A stretch of DNA of 64,000 nt from an uncultured bacterium (GTDB taxonomy: Bacteria > Armatimonadota > DTGP01 > CAYSAW01). Shown one piece after another: positions 37,560 through 46,292 of this stretch. The DNA lies in NCBI GenBank assembly GCA_964429225.1, contig CAYSAW010000001.1:10091-74090 (forward strand). Direction: 5' to 3'. How positions within the stretch are numbered: position 1 is the first letter of the stretch; each line of letters starts with the position of its first letter. The notes under the pieces were generated by a model, which did not search any database, was not told where the DNA came from, and saw only the letters and a list, made by a program, of their open reading frames with translations. Position numbers and translations under genes: made by a program.

Positions 37560-37609
37560 ATTAAGAGGGGTTTCCTCATCTCTTCCCAAGGCCTTTTTTA
37601 CTCTCGGTT

Positions 37610-38416
37610 CTAAGGCAAAAGGGCCAATCCTATTCGCCAAATACGACGGGGGGAAGATGGGGTTAAACCGTAGGTTAGGCTGGTATCCACCTGGAGGTTG
37701 CTTTGAAGAATCCAGGTAATACCTAATCCCATCACCCAATTATCCCCTTTCCCGGGTTGATCGGGAAGGGCAACTGCGCTATGGACAAAGGCACCCACTC
37801 CTCTCTTCATTTCTTTCTCAATAGCCCAAAGAAATTGAGCTTGGAAAAACCCTCCTTTCTGATCTTCCCTTTTCTTCCAACTCGCTCCAAAGTTGGCTTC
37901 CAAGCCCCATCCTCTACCCAGTTCTTTACTTCCGTTGAGGAAAAGGTCTGGCTCTAAAGCTTTATTTCCCAGAAGAGCAGAAGCGGTAGGAATCTTACTT
38001 TGAAGGATGAGGCCCCAAGCAGGCAATCCTCTCCTCTCAGGGGATAAGACTTTTTTGAATCCTACCGCTATATCTGCGAAACCGATTGTACTTCCCAGCT
38101 TACTTTTCGATAAAAGGAATCCATCACTACTTAGGCGCAGTTCCCAACCTTGAGCGATACCATAACGAAGAAGGCTTGCTGTAGATAGGATCCTTGTTCT
38201 TAGGGTATCCCTTTCCTGTTCCCGGGTAAGGGAAGTTTCAAAAAGCCAGATTCCTTTCGGCACAGGATAAGGACTGTCGGGCAGGTCTGCAGTATCGGCC
38301 TCGATCTCATATAAGGTGGGTTTTGCCTTACTCCTTTGATCTCCACAAAACCCTCCGTTTTCTGGAAACAGGAACAACCCCAAGATAAGACACAACAAGA
38401 TGAGAGGCTTCTTCAC
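37610..38416 (-). CDS. Outer-membrane beta-barrel (MetA-pathway phenol-degradation-like transporter)
   Basis: Signal peptide; P.PVPKG.W.FET, LLRYGI...WELRL and GFADI.VG.K motifs; alternating beta-strand pattern. Confidence 0.72.
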   Translation of the reverse strand: MKKPLILLCLILGLFLFPENGGFCGDQRSKAKPTLYEIEADTADLPDSPYPVPKGIWLFETSLTREQERDTLRTRILSTASLLRYGIAQGWELRLSSDGFLLSKSKLGSTIGFADIAVGFKKVLSPERRGLPAWGLILQSKIPTASALLGNKALEPDLFLNGSKELGRGWGLEANFGASWKKREDQKGGFFQAQFLWAIEKEMKRGVGAFVHSAVALPDQPGKGDNWVMGLGITWILQSNLQVDTSLTYGLTPSSPRRIWRIGLALLP

Positions 38417-38523
38417 CCCCCAGACTCCTTTTGATTAGGCTGAATTCTAATTTAACTCTATCTAAATTATAAGGGGATGAAACTCTTTCTGTCTAGGGGA
38501 GGTTTCAAAAAACTGCTGGAACA

Positions 38524-38556
38524 GAGTAGGGGTACGGCGACGCTATGCCCCTACTC
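38524..38556. repeat. GTAG-type REP-like palindrome
   Basis: GAGTAGGGGTA...TGCCCCTACTC inverted repeat with GTAG/CTAC ends. Confidence 0.6.
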
Positions 38557-38660
38557 ACCCCCCCTCTCGGCGGGAAGAGTTTTTGAAGGGAAGGAGTTCT
38601 AGCCCGTTCTAGAAAAAAATGAAGTGAAATCCTAAGCCATACTCTAAGGAGGGAGGGGGT

Positions 38661-39299
38661 ATGAAGAAAAATCTAACAGCCCCTTCAGGGGCTTTTACTC
38701 TGATTGAGCTCTTAGTGGTGATCGCCATTATTGCTCTTCTTGCTGGGATTTTGTTTCCAGTTTTTGCGAAAGCGAGGGAAAAAGCCCGCCAGACCACCTG
38801 TGCTTCTAACTTGAAGCAACTCTCGGCAGCGACTAATCTCTATTATCAAGACTGGGAGGGGTACTTTCCCAAATACGGGGGGGTAGTCCCTGAAGGTGTT
38901 CCCTATGGTTTCGGAAATGTCCTGCGCCCTTATGTTAGGTCCAAGGATGTTTTCCATTGCCCCAGCGGGGAGGTTCATTACAACCTTTGTATGAACTGGT
39001 TGATCACCGAGAAGGGGCTTAGCCAGGATGAAATTCGCAACCCAGTAAAAACCATCTATTTCTTTGACTGTATCGGCTGGACAGGTCCAGGGATTGACGT
39101 AGACCCTACGAATGAGCCTCAAACAGACGGAATGGTGAGGAAGTCGGGCAAAAATGCCTCTCCCAACCAGTTAGGGGGGTTGATTTTCCCGGGTCGCCAT
39201 ATCGGTGGTAATAACATCGCCTTTGCGGATGGTCATACAAAGTGGTTCCTTGATTGGGAGGCTGATCAAATGACCTTCAACCCGGAGAAGAGGCTGTAA
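38661..39299 (+). CDS. Prepilin-type N-terminal methylation domain protein (DUF1559, H-X9-DG)
   Basis: GA|[28 protein letters not shown] and [17 protein letters not shown] motifs. Confidence 0.92.
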   Translation: MKKNLTAPSGAFTLIELLVVIAIIALLAGILFPVFAKAREKARQTTCASNLKQLSAATNLYYQDWEGYFPKYGGVVPEGVPYGFGNVLRPYVRSKDVFHCPSGEVHYNLCMNWLITEKGLSQDEIRNPVKTIYFFDCIGWTGPGIDVDPTNEPQTDGMVRKSGKNASPNQLGGLIFPGRHIGGNNIAFADGHTKWFLDWEADQMTFNPEKRL

Positions 39300-39303
39300 G
39301 ATT

Positions 39304-39331
39304 GCAGGGGCGCACAGCTGTGCGCCCCTGC
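39304..39331. repeat. Perfect 28-bp REP-like palindrome
   Basis: GCAGGGGCGCACAG|CTGTGCGCCCCTGC, 4 nt after the pilin-like stop codon. Confidence 0.65.
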
Positions 39332-39525
39332 TTGAAAAAATCAAGTCGCTAGCCAACGGTCTGAACAAGACCAGAGCCGAAGCGTTTCGTTCCGGAGATT
39401 ATGAGAAGGTGTGCCAAGCTCTCAAGGTGGCGAAGCGTCTGGTGGAGTTCTGCTTCTCCTGCATACAGGCTTTAGCTTGCAGAAAAATTAGCATCTATAC
39501 CTATCAGGGGAAGGGAGAACCCTAA
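39332..39525 (+). pseudogene. Possible gene remnant without a start codon
   Basis: Open frame LEKIKSLANGLNKTRAEAFRSGDYEKVCQALKVAKRLVEF...GEP* lacking an upstream start or SD; lies between REP-like sequences. Confidence 0.25.
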
Positions 39526-39530
39526 ACCGA

Positions 39531-40346
39531 TTATCCATAAGGAGGTGCCCAACGAGCTACTGCGCAGATCTGGGCAAAGCTCTCCGCTTTCAGCGAAGCC
39601 CCTCCGACTAAACAACCGTCTATATGCTCCTGGTCTATCAACTCCTTAGCGTTATCCGGAGTAACACTTCCTCCATATTGAATGCGCACTGAGGAGGCGG
39701 CCTTTTTTCCGAAGAGGTCTAGAATCACTTCTCGGATAAGCCCACAAACTCGGTTTGCCTCCCGAGCGTCACAAACCTGACCTGTGCCGATAGCCCATAC
39801 CGGCTCATAAGCCAAAATGATCTGCTCCACCTGAGAAGGGTTTAAGCCCTCCAGAGCCCGCCGGGTTTGGACCGAAACCACCTGGTCCGTTCGTCCCTCC
39901 TCCCTCTCCATAAGGGTTTCTCCTACACAAACAATAGGGAGCAAACCATTATTAAAGGCAGAGTGTACTTTTAAATTCACCGTGGCATCGTTCTCCCCAA
40001 AATACCGGCCGACTTCCTCAGTCAACCAGGAGGGAGGCTTGCCAAAGCGCCCCCGGGTCTCGGAGTGACCGATAATAACATATTTACACCCAATATCGGT
40101 GAGCATCAGGGGAGAAATTTGGCCTGTGTAGGCTCCGCTAGTCTCCCAAAAAAGGTTCTGGGCTCCCAAAGCAATCTCTGAGTCTTCCAATATCCGAGCG
40201 ACTTCCCAAAGAGCGGTAAAAGGGGGGCAGACAACCACTTCCGCCGGGGTGTCAACAACTAAAGGCTTCAGGTTTTTTACGAGTTCGACTGCTTCCCCCA
40301 CCGTTTTATTCATCTTCCAATTGCCCGCAATAATCGGTTTCCGCAT
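39531..40346 (-). CDS. tpiA: Triosephosphate isomerase
   Basis: IAGNWKM, GHSE, AYEPVWAIGTG, YGGSV and LVGGASL motifs. Confidence 0.97.
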   Translation of the reverse strand: MRKPIIAGNWKMNKTVGEAVELVKNLKPLVVDTPAEVVVCPPFTALWEVARILEDSEIALGAQNLFWETSGAYTGQISPLMLTDIGCKYVIIGHSETRGRFGKPPSWLTEEVGRYFGENDATVNLKVHSAFNNGLLPIVCVGETLMEREEGRTDQVVSVQTRRALEGLNPSQVEQIILAYEPVWAIGTGQVCDAREANRVCGLIREVILDLFGKKAASSVRIQYGGSVTPDNAKELIDQEHIDGCLVGGASLKAESFAQICAVARWAPPYG

Positions 40347-40525
40347 TCCTCGCACTCCTCACCCGAAAAGGTTACCTAGAAGGGTTTTTAACGATTCTCT
40401 AAAGCTAAGGGATCCCTCTCCATCCTCCTCTCTTGCTAGAGAGAGCTTTCCCTCAATCCTCTCTCGCAGGAAGAAGGCTTTGAAAGGAGTTCTAAAGCTC
40501 GTTTCTTTTTACGTAGGGTCTTCCT

Positions 40526-41371
40526 TTAGGGATCTGACTTCCAGTGCTCAGCGATTTTCCTGCGCAGGAACTCCAGCCCTCGGTGTGTTCCCTCATCACC
40601 GATAGGATTCCCATCTTCAAGGCTGATACATCCCGAATAACCGATACTCGCTAGGGTCGCAAAGATGGGATCGAAGTTCACTTCTCCCTCACCTACAACG
40701 GTATGGAGGTACTCTCCTCGTCGGCGATCGCTGGCATGGACATGCCATACTTTATGTTTGACAACTTCCAAAACAGTCATCGGGTCATCTCCAGTCATCA
40801 ATTGGTTAGAACAGTCAAAATTAACGCCTACCCAACTATCCTTAACCCGATCGAAAATTTCCAGGAAGCGGTCGGTATGAAAGGCCCAATCCACATTAGT
40901 CCAGCGTTTATCCTTATAATGGTTCTCGAAGCCTAGTTTAACTTTGCGGGGCTGAGCGTAGTCGGCGAGGCGAAGCAGGGCTTCTGCCGCCCAATGGATG
41001 GCTTGAGAGCGAGATACTCCGGGGTACTCGCATCCCGCAGTGACCCGAACACCTTCGGCACCGAGAAACTGGGCGGCGTCGACTTTAACTTTCATATCTT
41101 CTAGTTGACGTTCCCTCTCCGCAGGATCGGGATGAGTGAAATCGGGAGCGCAGGTGATTTGGGACACCTGCAGATGAAACTTTTCTAGGGCTTTCTTTAC
41201 TTCATTAAGAGCCTGGAGGTCGTAAGGGTTAATCGTGGCATGGTGGATCTCGACATAGTCTAGATGAAACTGCTCTCTTGCTTGGCGAAGCCAGTCCTCA
41301 AGGGTCAAAGTTTTTTCGTCAATCAAGGCTGGGAACAAGCGTAAGGGTACCCAGGATAGGCTTGGTTTCAA
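40526..41371 (-). CDS. Sugar phosphate isomerase/epimerase (xylose-isomerase-like barrel)
   Basis: GFENH, VNFDCSN, HVHASD, GEGEVNF and ISLE motifs. Confidence 0.86.
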   Translation of the reverse strand: MKPSLSWVPLRLFPALIDEKTLTLEDWLRQAREQFHLDYVEIHHATINPYDLQALNEVKKALEKFHLQVSQITCAPDFTHPDPAERERQLEDMKVKVDAAQFLGAEGVRVTAGCEYPGVSRSQAIHWAAEALLRLADYAQPRKVKLGFENHYKDKRWTNVDWAFHTDRFLEIFDRVKDSWVGVNFDCSNQLMTGDDPMTVLEVVKHKVWHVHASDRRRGEYLHTVVGEGEVNFDPIFATLASIGYSGCISLEDGNPIGDEGTHRGLEFLRRKIAEHWKSDP

Positions 41372-41386
41372 CCGTTTTGCTCCTTT

Positions 41387-41644
41387 CTATTGGAAGAACT
41401 CATCGGGGGTTTGGGCGAGCATCGTTTCTGTGGAGGCGATCCCGCGTTCCCCCGCCCTCCGCAAAATTTGATTCGCTGTAGACAGGTCCGGGGCCTCCCA
41501 GATCACCACTTCGTCATAACCCCCGTAGGTAATATAAGCTCCGTGAACTTTCACTCCTTCCAGTAGGCTCTGATGGCTTTTCAGGATTTGGAAGAATTCC
41601 CCAGCTTTACCGGGGTTGATCTTCACCAGGGTGACGAATAGCAT
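41387..41644 (-). CDS. GYD-domain protein
   Basis: YITYGGYDEVVIWEAPD and STETMLA motifs; ATG at 41644 follows an AAGGAGG SD. Confidence 0.8.
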   Translation of the reverse strand: MLFVTLVKINPGKAGEFFQILKSHQSLLEGVKVHGAYITYGGYDEVVIWEAPDLSTANQILRRAGERGIASTETMLAQTPDEFFQ

Positions 41645-41839
41645 TGTCTGCCTCCTTCGCGCCTGCCTGGGTACCCCTGGAGAGACTGACATCTCCCCCT
41701 ATTTGCGTCGGGGTATTGGTGAAGCCCTCTGCTATGGGGGATTTACCTAAGTCCTCCCCTCTCTTATTATATCCGGTTTGCTTGTTCAACCCTTTATCAA
41801 CAGGGTAAGACGCTCAGTTTCTTGCAGGATTTAACAGTT

Positions 41840-42607
41840 TTAATCTCTTGCCAGGGCAATAACGTTCACCTCTCTTGCTCCTGCTTGGAGTAAAACCCGG
41901 CTGACTTCCGAAACCGTTGAGGTTGTGGTGATAACATCATCTAGCAATAACACCCTCTGATCTTTAACTTTAGAAAGATTCCGCACTGCAAAAGCTCCTC
42001 TTACGTTGCTTCGTCGCTCTTCTATATTCAAACCGACCTGGGGTCTGGTCTCTCGAACTCGTTCGACTGCTTGGCTGTTTACAGGAATTCTATAGTGCTT
42101 TCCTAGAAACTCCGCAAGGAGCTGGGATTGGTTAAAGCCTCTCTGCCTCTGGCGTTTTCGAGTAATGGGGATAGGAATAAGACAATGGCTTTGGGTGATC
42201 AAATGCTCTATCTCCGGTTCAGAGGCAAAGAGGAGCGCGAGCGGTTCAGCAAGAAGGTATTTCTGGTGAAACTTGAAGTGCAGAATAGCGGAGCGAAGGG
42301 TTCCTGAATAAGGCCCTACAACTCGTGCCCTCTTAAAAGTAGGTTCAGAAACCTCTCGGCAAACAGGGCAGATGTTCTCGTAGCCCGGTTGGGCACACCG
42401 CTCGCAATAGGGTGGACAAAGCCTCTTAATGCTCCGAGTACACCCTTCGCATAAGTATCCCTGATGAAGCCGTCGGCATAAATAGCACTGGCTAGGGTAG
42501 ATTAAATCTAAAAGGGCTTTTAAACTCTCTTTTCCCAAAGAGTAAAGGGTATTCAGAGCGATGGAACATAGTTGGGCGATCTCTGGGGGCACTTTGGTTA
42601 CTCCCAA
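41840..42607 (-). CDS. comF: ComF-family phosphoribosyltransferase with zinc ribbons
   Basis: LLDLIYP.QC.LC, CERC...C..C, RGFNQS.LLA, R.NV.GAF and LLDDVITT motifs. True start is probably downstream of 42607. Confidence 0.88.
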   Translation of the reverse strand: MGVTKVPPEIAQLCSIALNTLYSLGKESLKALLDLIYPSQCYLCRRLHQGYLCEGCTRSIKRLCPPYCERCAQPGYENICPVCREVSEPTFKRARVVGPYSGTLRSAILHFKFHQKYLLAEPLALLFASEPEIEHLITQSHCLIPIPITRKRQRQRGFNQSQLLAEFLGKHYRIPVNSQAVERVRETRPQVGLNIEERRSNVRGAFAVRNLSKVKDQRVLLLDDVITTTSTVSEVSRVLLQAGAREVNVIALARD

Positions 42608-43730
42608 TAGCCTGATTCCTAAGGGTTTGCTTCTAATCCAAGAAGGGAAAATCCAGTGGCTTGGCCCCTATGAAGAAGGTGTTATTCCCGAGGGTTGCTC
42701 TATCTTCCAAGCGGATGGGCAGTTTGTTGTACCTGGTTTCATTGATAACCACGTTCATGGAGGCGCAGGCTTTGATTTGATGCAGGATGGGGTCGAAGGG
42801 GTCCGCCGGGTCAGCCAACATCTTCTACGCTACGGGACCACTGGCTTCCTGCCGACTACCATTTCGGCGACTCACTCGGACATCCTGCAGGCTCTAGAGA
42901 ACTTCAAGAGAGTGGCCCAGGAGGGAGGCGCCAAGGCCCATATCCTCGGCTTTCACCTAGAGGGGCCTTACATTAATTGCAGGAAGAAAGGTGCCCAACC
43001 CGAAGAGGGGATCCGAGAGGTGGACCTCGAGGAGGTGCGAACTTACATTGCTGAAGGGGAGGGGAGGATCCGGGTAATGACCTTAGCCCCTGAGATCCCC
43101 GGAGGGATTGAGCTGATTCGGCTTCTGGCCAGCCATCAGATTGTACCCTCCCTAGGGCATACCGAGGCGGATTATGAGACCGCCCTTCAAGCTATCTCTG
43201 CAGGAGCTCGGCAGGTGACTCACCTCTTCAACGCTATGGAGGGTTTTCATCACCGCAAACCTTCCTTATTAGTGGCCGCTTTAACCGAACCGGCTTTAAG
43301 GGTGGAGCTCATCTGTGACGGGGTCCATGTTCACCCCTCCGTCGCACGGTTAGCCATCCAGTCGAAAGGGCCAGATAACCTACTGCTGATTACCGATGGG
43401 ATGTCGGCAGTAGGATGTCCTGATGGGGAATATTGGCTAGGCAGGAACCGGGTTTATGTGAGGGGCAACCTTTGCACTCTGGCCGACGGCACCATTGCCA
43501 GCAGTATGTTGACAATGAACCTCGCTGTAAAAAACGCGGTGACCTTCGCTGGAATTTCTCTGGTTGAGGCAGTTCGAATGGCCAGCTTAGTCCCAGCAAA
43601 GGCTATTGGAGTCGCCGACCACAAAGGTTCCCTGGAGGTCGGAAAGGATGCAGACGTTGCGGTTCTCCATCCGGATTTCACCGTTGCCGCCACTTTTTTG
43701 ATGGGAGAGAAGGTTTATCCTCCTGAGTAG
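42561..43730 (+). CDS. nagA: N-acetylglucosamine-6-phosphate deacetylase
   Basis: PGFIDNHVHG, GTTGFLPT, HLEGPY, TLAPE, GHT, THLFNAM, DGVHVHP and ITD motifs. Confidence 0.95.
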   Translation: MEHSWAISGGTLVTPNSLIPKGLLLIQEGKIQWLGPYEEGVIPEGCSIFQADGQFVVPGFIDNHVHGGAGFDLMQDGVEGVRRVSQHLLRYGTTGFLPTTISATHSDILQALENFKRVAQEGGAKAHILGFHLEGPYINCRKKGAQPEEGIREVDLEEVRTYIAEGEGRIRVMTLAPEIPGGIELIRLLASHQIVPSLGHTEADYETALQAISAGARQVTHLFNAMEGFHHRKPSLLVAALTEPALRVELICDGVHVHPSVARLAIQSKGPDNLLLITDGMSAVGCPDGEYWLGRNRVYVRGNLCTLADGTIASSMLTMNLAVKNAVTFAGISLVEAVRMASLVPAKAIGVADHKGSLEVGKDADVAVLHPDFTVAATFLMGEKVYPPE

Positions 43731-43741
43731 CCCCTCAAGGA

Positions 43742-44566
43742 TCAGGTTCTGCAGCCGATCTCCTGCATAATTCGGTTCGTCTCTCGATAGGCTTCTTCAA
43801 CCCACTCCACGATCTTCTCCGGTTCCGGGGAGTATTCCAACTCGATACTAACCACTCCGTCGAAACCGGTCTTATGGATTTCGGCTAAGTATTCTTTGAT
43901 AGGGGTATTGCCCCGACCTGGAGGTAAGTCTCCGTGAACCTCTCCATTGCAGTCAGAAAGATGAACGTGAGCAATCCGGCCTTTAAGTTTCTGAATCTCC
44001 TCAAAAGGTGTCCGAACCAACCAAAGGTGGGATATATCACAGTTGGCCCGAACATTGGGGAGATTGACCTCTTCCAGAAACTGTACCATTTTGTCAATGC
44101 TGTTAATCAAGGAGAGGTCAAAAGGTTCAAGTTCAATGGCGATCTCGAGGTTTAGGTCTCTTGCATATTCACCTAACTGGCGAGTGTTCTCCACAGCCCA
44201 CTGCCATTGAGAAGCAGGGGAGATGACCTCTTTCTGCCAGATGTACTCTCCCAGAACCAGAAGCAAGTTATGGGCACCGAAGTCGTAGCAGAGGTCAAGG
44301 TACTTTTTAACTCGGTCTCGATGAAAAGCTTGGACCGAAGGGTTAAAGTCAGTGAGGCCCAGGGCCACACAGCAGACAGAGATGATAGGAAGCCCCTCCT
44401 CTTGGGTTACCTCCCGGATGGTCTTACGATCTTTAATAGAGAGGTCTAGGGGGTCAGCAAAAATATCAATGGTGTCGAATCCGATGGCCTTAGTTTTCCG
44501 GATACCCTCAGCGAGAGAGATTTCGGGATTGTTCAACCAAGCACTGTTAATCAACCCTAATTTCAT
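43742..44566 (-). CDS. Sugar epimerase (D-psicose/tagatose 3-epimerase-like)
   Basis: IELEPF, NCDISH, HVHLSD, GDLPPGRG and SIELE motifs; ATG at 44566 follows an AAGGAG SD. Confidence 0.85.
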   Translation of the reverse strand: MKLGLINSAWLNNPEISLAEGIRKTKAIGFDTIDIFADPLDLSIKDRKTIREVTQEEGLPIISVCCVALGLTDFNPSVQAFHRDRVKKYLDLCYDFGAHNLLLVLGEYIWQKEVISPASQWQWAVENTRQLGEYARDLNLEIAIELEPFDLSLINSIDKMVQFLEEVNLPNVRANCDISHLWLVRTPFEEIQKLKGRIAHVHLSDCNGEVHGDLPPGRGNTPIKEYLAEIHKTGFDGVVSIELEYSPEPEKIVEWVEEAYRETNRIMQEIGCRT

Positions 44567-44645
44567 CTGTCTTTCTCCTTTCCACAGGATCAAACCAGTA
44601 AAACCTTCGGTGGGGAGGAGATTTTGCCCTGTTTTAGGGGAACGT

Positions 44646-45935
44646 CTATCTCAAAATCTTACGAATACGTTGATTATCTGTGTCCGCACAGTAAATATCC
44701 CCATAACGGTCTACTGCGATACCCATTATGCCGTTGAACTGTGCTTGGAGAGCATAGCCATCTCGGTAGCCGGGTTTTCCTGTTCCGGCTAGGGTAAAAA
44801 CTACGCCATCTTTCATTTTCCGTATTGAGCCGTTTCCCCAGTCTACAATAAGAAGGCCTCCATCGCGGTCTTCATCAAAAGCGAAAGGGAGGGAGAAGAC
44901 TGCCTGATCGAGGGGGCCATCCTTGTAACCGGCGCGGCCCGCTCCGGAGACATAGACGACCATTCCATCAGGGCGTAGCTTACGGATCATATTATTTCCA
45001 ATCTCTGCGAGGTAAACTTCCCCTGTTTTCCGGTCTAGCCACAATCCGGTTAAACCCAGGAATTTGGCCTCCAGGGCAGGCCCATCTTGGTAGCCCTTTA
45101 AACCGGAACCGGCTACAGTTATTACTTCTCCCGAAGGGGTGACCTTTCGGACCCGGTTGTTTCCCGTATCCGCTATCCAGAGGGAGCCATCAGGGCCTAC
45201 CTCTACACTACTGGGCTCCCTGAAAAGGGCCGAGTGAGCGGGACCATCCCGGTAACCCGGTTCGCCTGTGCCCGCTACTGTTTCTACCCACTGTCGGTCA
45301 GGCGAGATGCGTCGGATGCAATGGTTCCCACTATCCGCAACATAAAGGCTTCCGTCCTCAGCGAGGGAGATTCCTTTAGGGCGGTTAAACTGGGCTAGGG
45401 GACTAGGCCCATCCCGGTAGCCGGCGATTCCTGTTCCCGCGATAGTGGTTACCACTCCTGTAGAAGAGAGCCGCCGTATCCGGTGGCCAAAATCTTCCGT
45501 GATAAACACGTTCCCCCAGGAGTCCACCGCGACATCCCAAGGGTCGGAAAAGAGGGCATCCCCTGCGGGACCATCTTTGTACCCTCCTAATCCGTAGCGG
45601 CCGAAGGGGCCGGACCCCGCGGCGGTGATGACGATAGGCCCTAAATCCTTCTGGGGGAGGAGGCCTATAGCCACCCTTAAGGCGTAGCGAAGATCTCTTT
45701 TATCGATTTCTCCATCTCCAGGGAGCTGAAGACCTTTGGGAGGAGGGTAACAATCTCCCAAAGCCATCTGCTCTGGACTAAAGCGCCATCGTGCGCCCAC
45801 CCACCCCGCTAGCCGGCGTACATCCTGAAGATCAACCTTCCCGTTCCGGTTGAGGTCGGCGGGTACAAAAGCCTTAAGGGGGCTGGAGGAAACGGTAACT
45901 AAGAGCAGGAGGATCCAGATAACCAGGCCCCCCAT
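44646..45935 (-). CDS. Secreted NHL-repeat beta-propeller with N-terminal dockerin-like domain
   Basis: Signal peptide; DLNRNGKVDLQD and GDGEIDKRD EF-hand-like pair; six AG.G..GY.DGP...A.F..P repeats. Confidence 0.85.
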   Translation of the reverse strand: MGGLVIWILLLLVTVSSSPLKAFVPADLNRNGKVDLQDVRRLAGWVGARWRFSPEQMALGDCYPPPKGLQLPGDGEIDKRDLRYALRVAIGLLPQKDLGPIVITAAGSGPFGRYGLGGYKDGPAGDALFSDPWDVAVDSWGNVFITEDFGHRIRRLSSTGVVTTIAGTGIAGYRDGPSPLAQFNRPKGISLAEDGSLYVADSGNHCIRRISPDRQWVETVAGTGEPGYRDGPAHSALFREPSSVEVGPDGSLWIADTGNNRVRKVTPSGEVITVAGSGLKGYQDGPALEAKFLGLTGLWLDRKTGEVYLAEIGNNMIRKLRPDGMVVYVSGAGRAGYKDGPLDQAVFSLPFAFDEDRDGGLLIVDWGNGSIRKMKDGVVFTLAGTGKPGYRDGYALQAQFNGIMGIAVDRYGDIYCADTDNQRIRKILR

Positions 45936-46013
45936 AGCCTATCTCCTCGTCTCTTCATTCTCAATCTCTTCTCTTCCGCAGGGAGCGGTGAAATTCCTGT
46001 TTTGCTGATAGAG

Positions 46014-46043
46014 TTGCTATAGTAGAGGAGAAGAGGATATAAT
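46014..46043 (+). promoter_or_regulatory. Sigma70-type promoter candidate
   Basis: TTGCTA-18bp-TATAAT. Confidence 0.7.
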
Positions 46044-46049
46044 AGAGGC

Positions 46050-46263
46050 GGGAGAGTTTGCAAACTCTTTCCGGGGATCACCTGTTAGACGTAGGGATAG
46101 AAAAGTGGAAGTTTGGTTTCTCTTTTTACCCACTCAAGGTGCTGAGGCAATTCATCGGGCTGATAGGGTCCATTTAGGGGATAGCGACCATTGGCAACGA
46201 GGGTGGCTATTTCAGGGAACCTTCAGCCCGCTCCGATGGTTTGCTGGAGCGGGCCTTTTCTTT
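46050..46263 (+). promoter_or_regulatory. Structured leader with terminator and competing antiterminator (attenuator, riboswitch or sRNA candidate)
   Basis: Terminator GCCCGCTCC (46226-46234) / GGAGCGGGC (46246-46254) plus CTTTTCTTT. CGGGCTGA (46156-46163) can pair with TCAGCCCG (46223-46230). Confidence 0.6.
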
Positions 46264-46292
46264 AGTTATTGAGAGAAAGAGGATAAGAGACG

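Noticed and set aside
45978-45999. AGGGAGCGGTGAAATTCC resembling FMN or cobalamin riboswitch cores
   Set aside because: Remaining consensus elements are absent, and it lies upstream of the promoter.
46198-46212. AGGGTGG resembling a T-box
   Set aside because: Not followed by nACCGCG, no specifier stem, and downstream genes are not amino-acid related.
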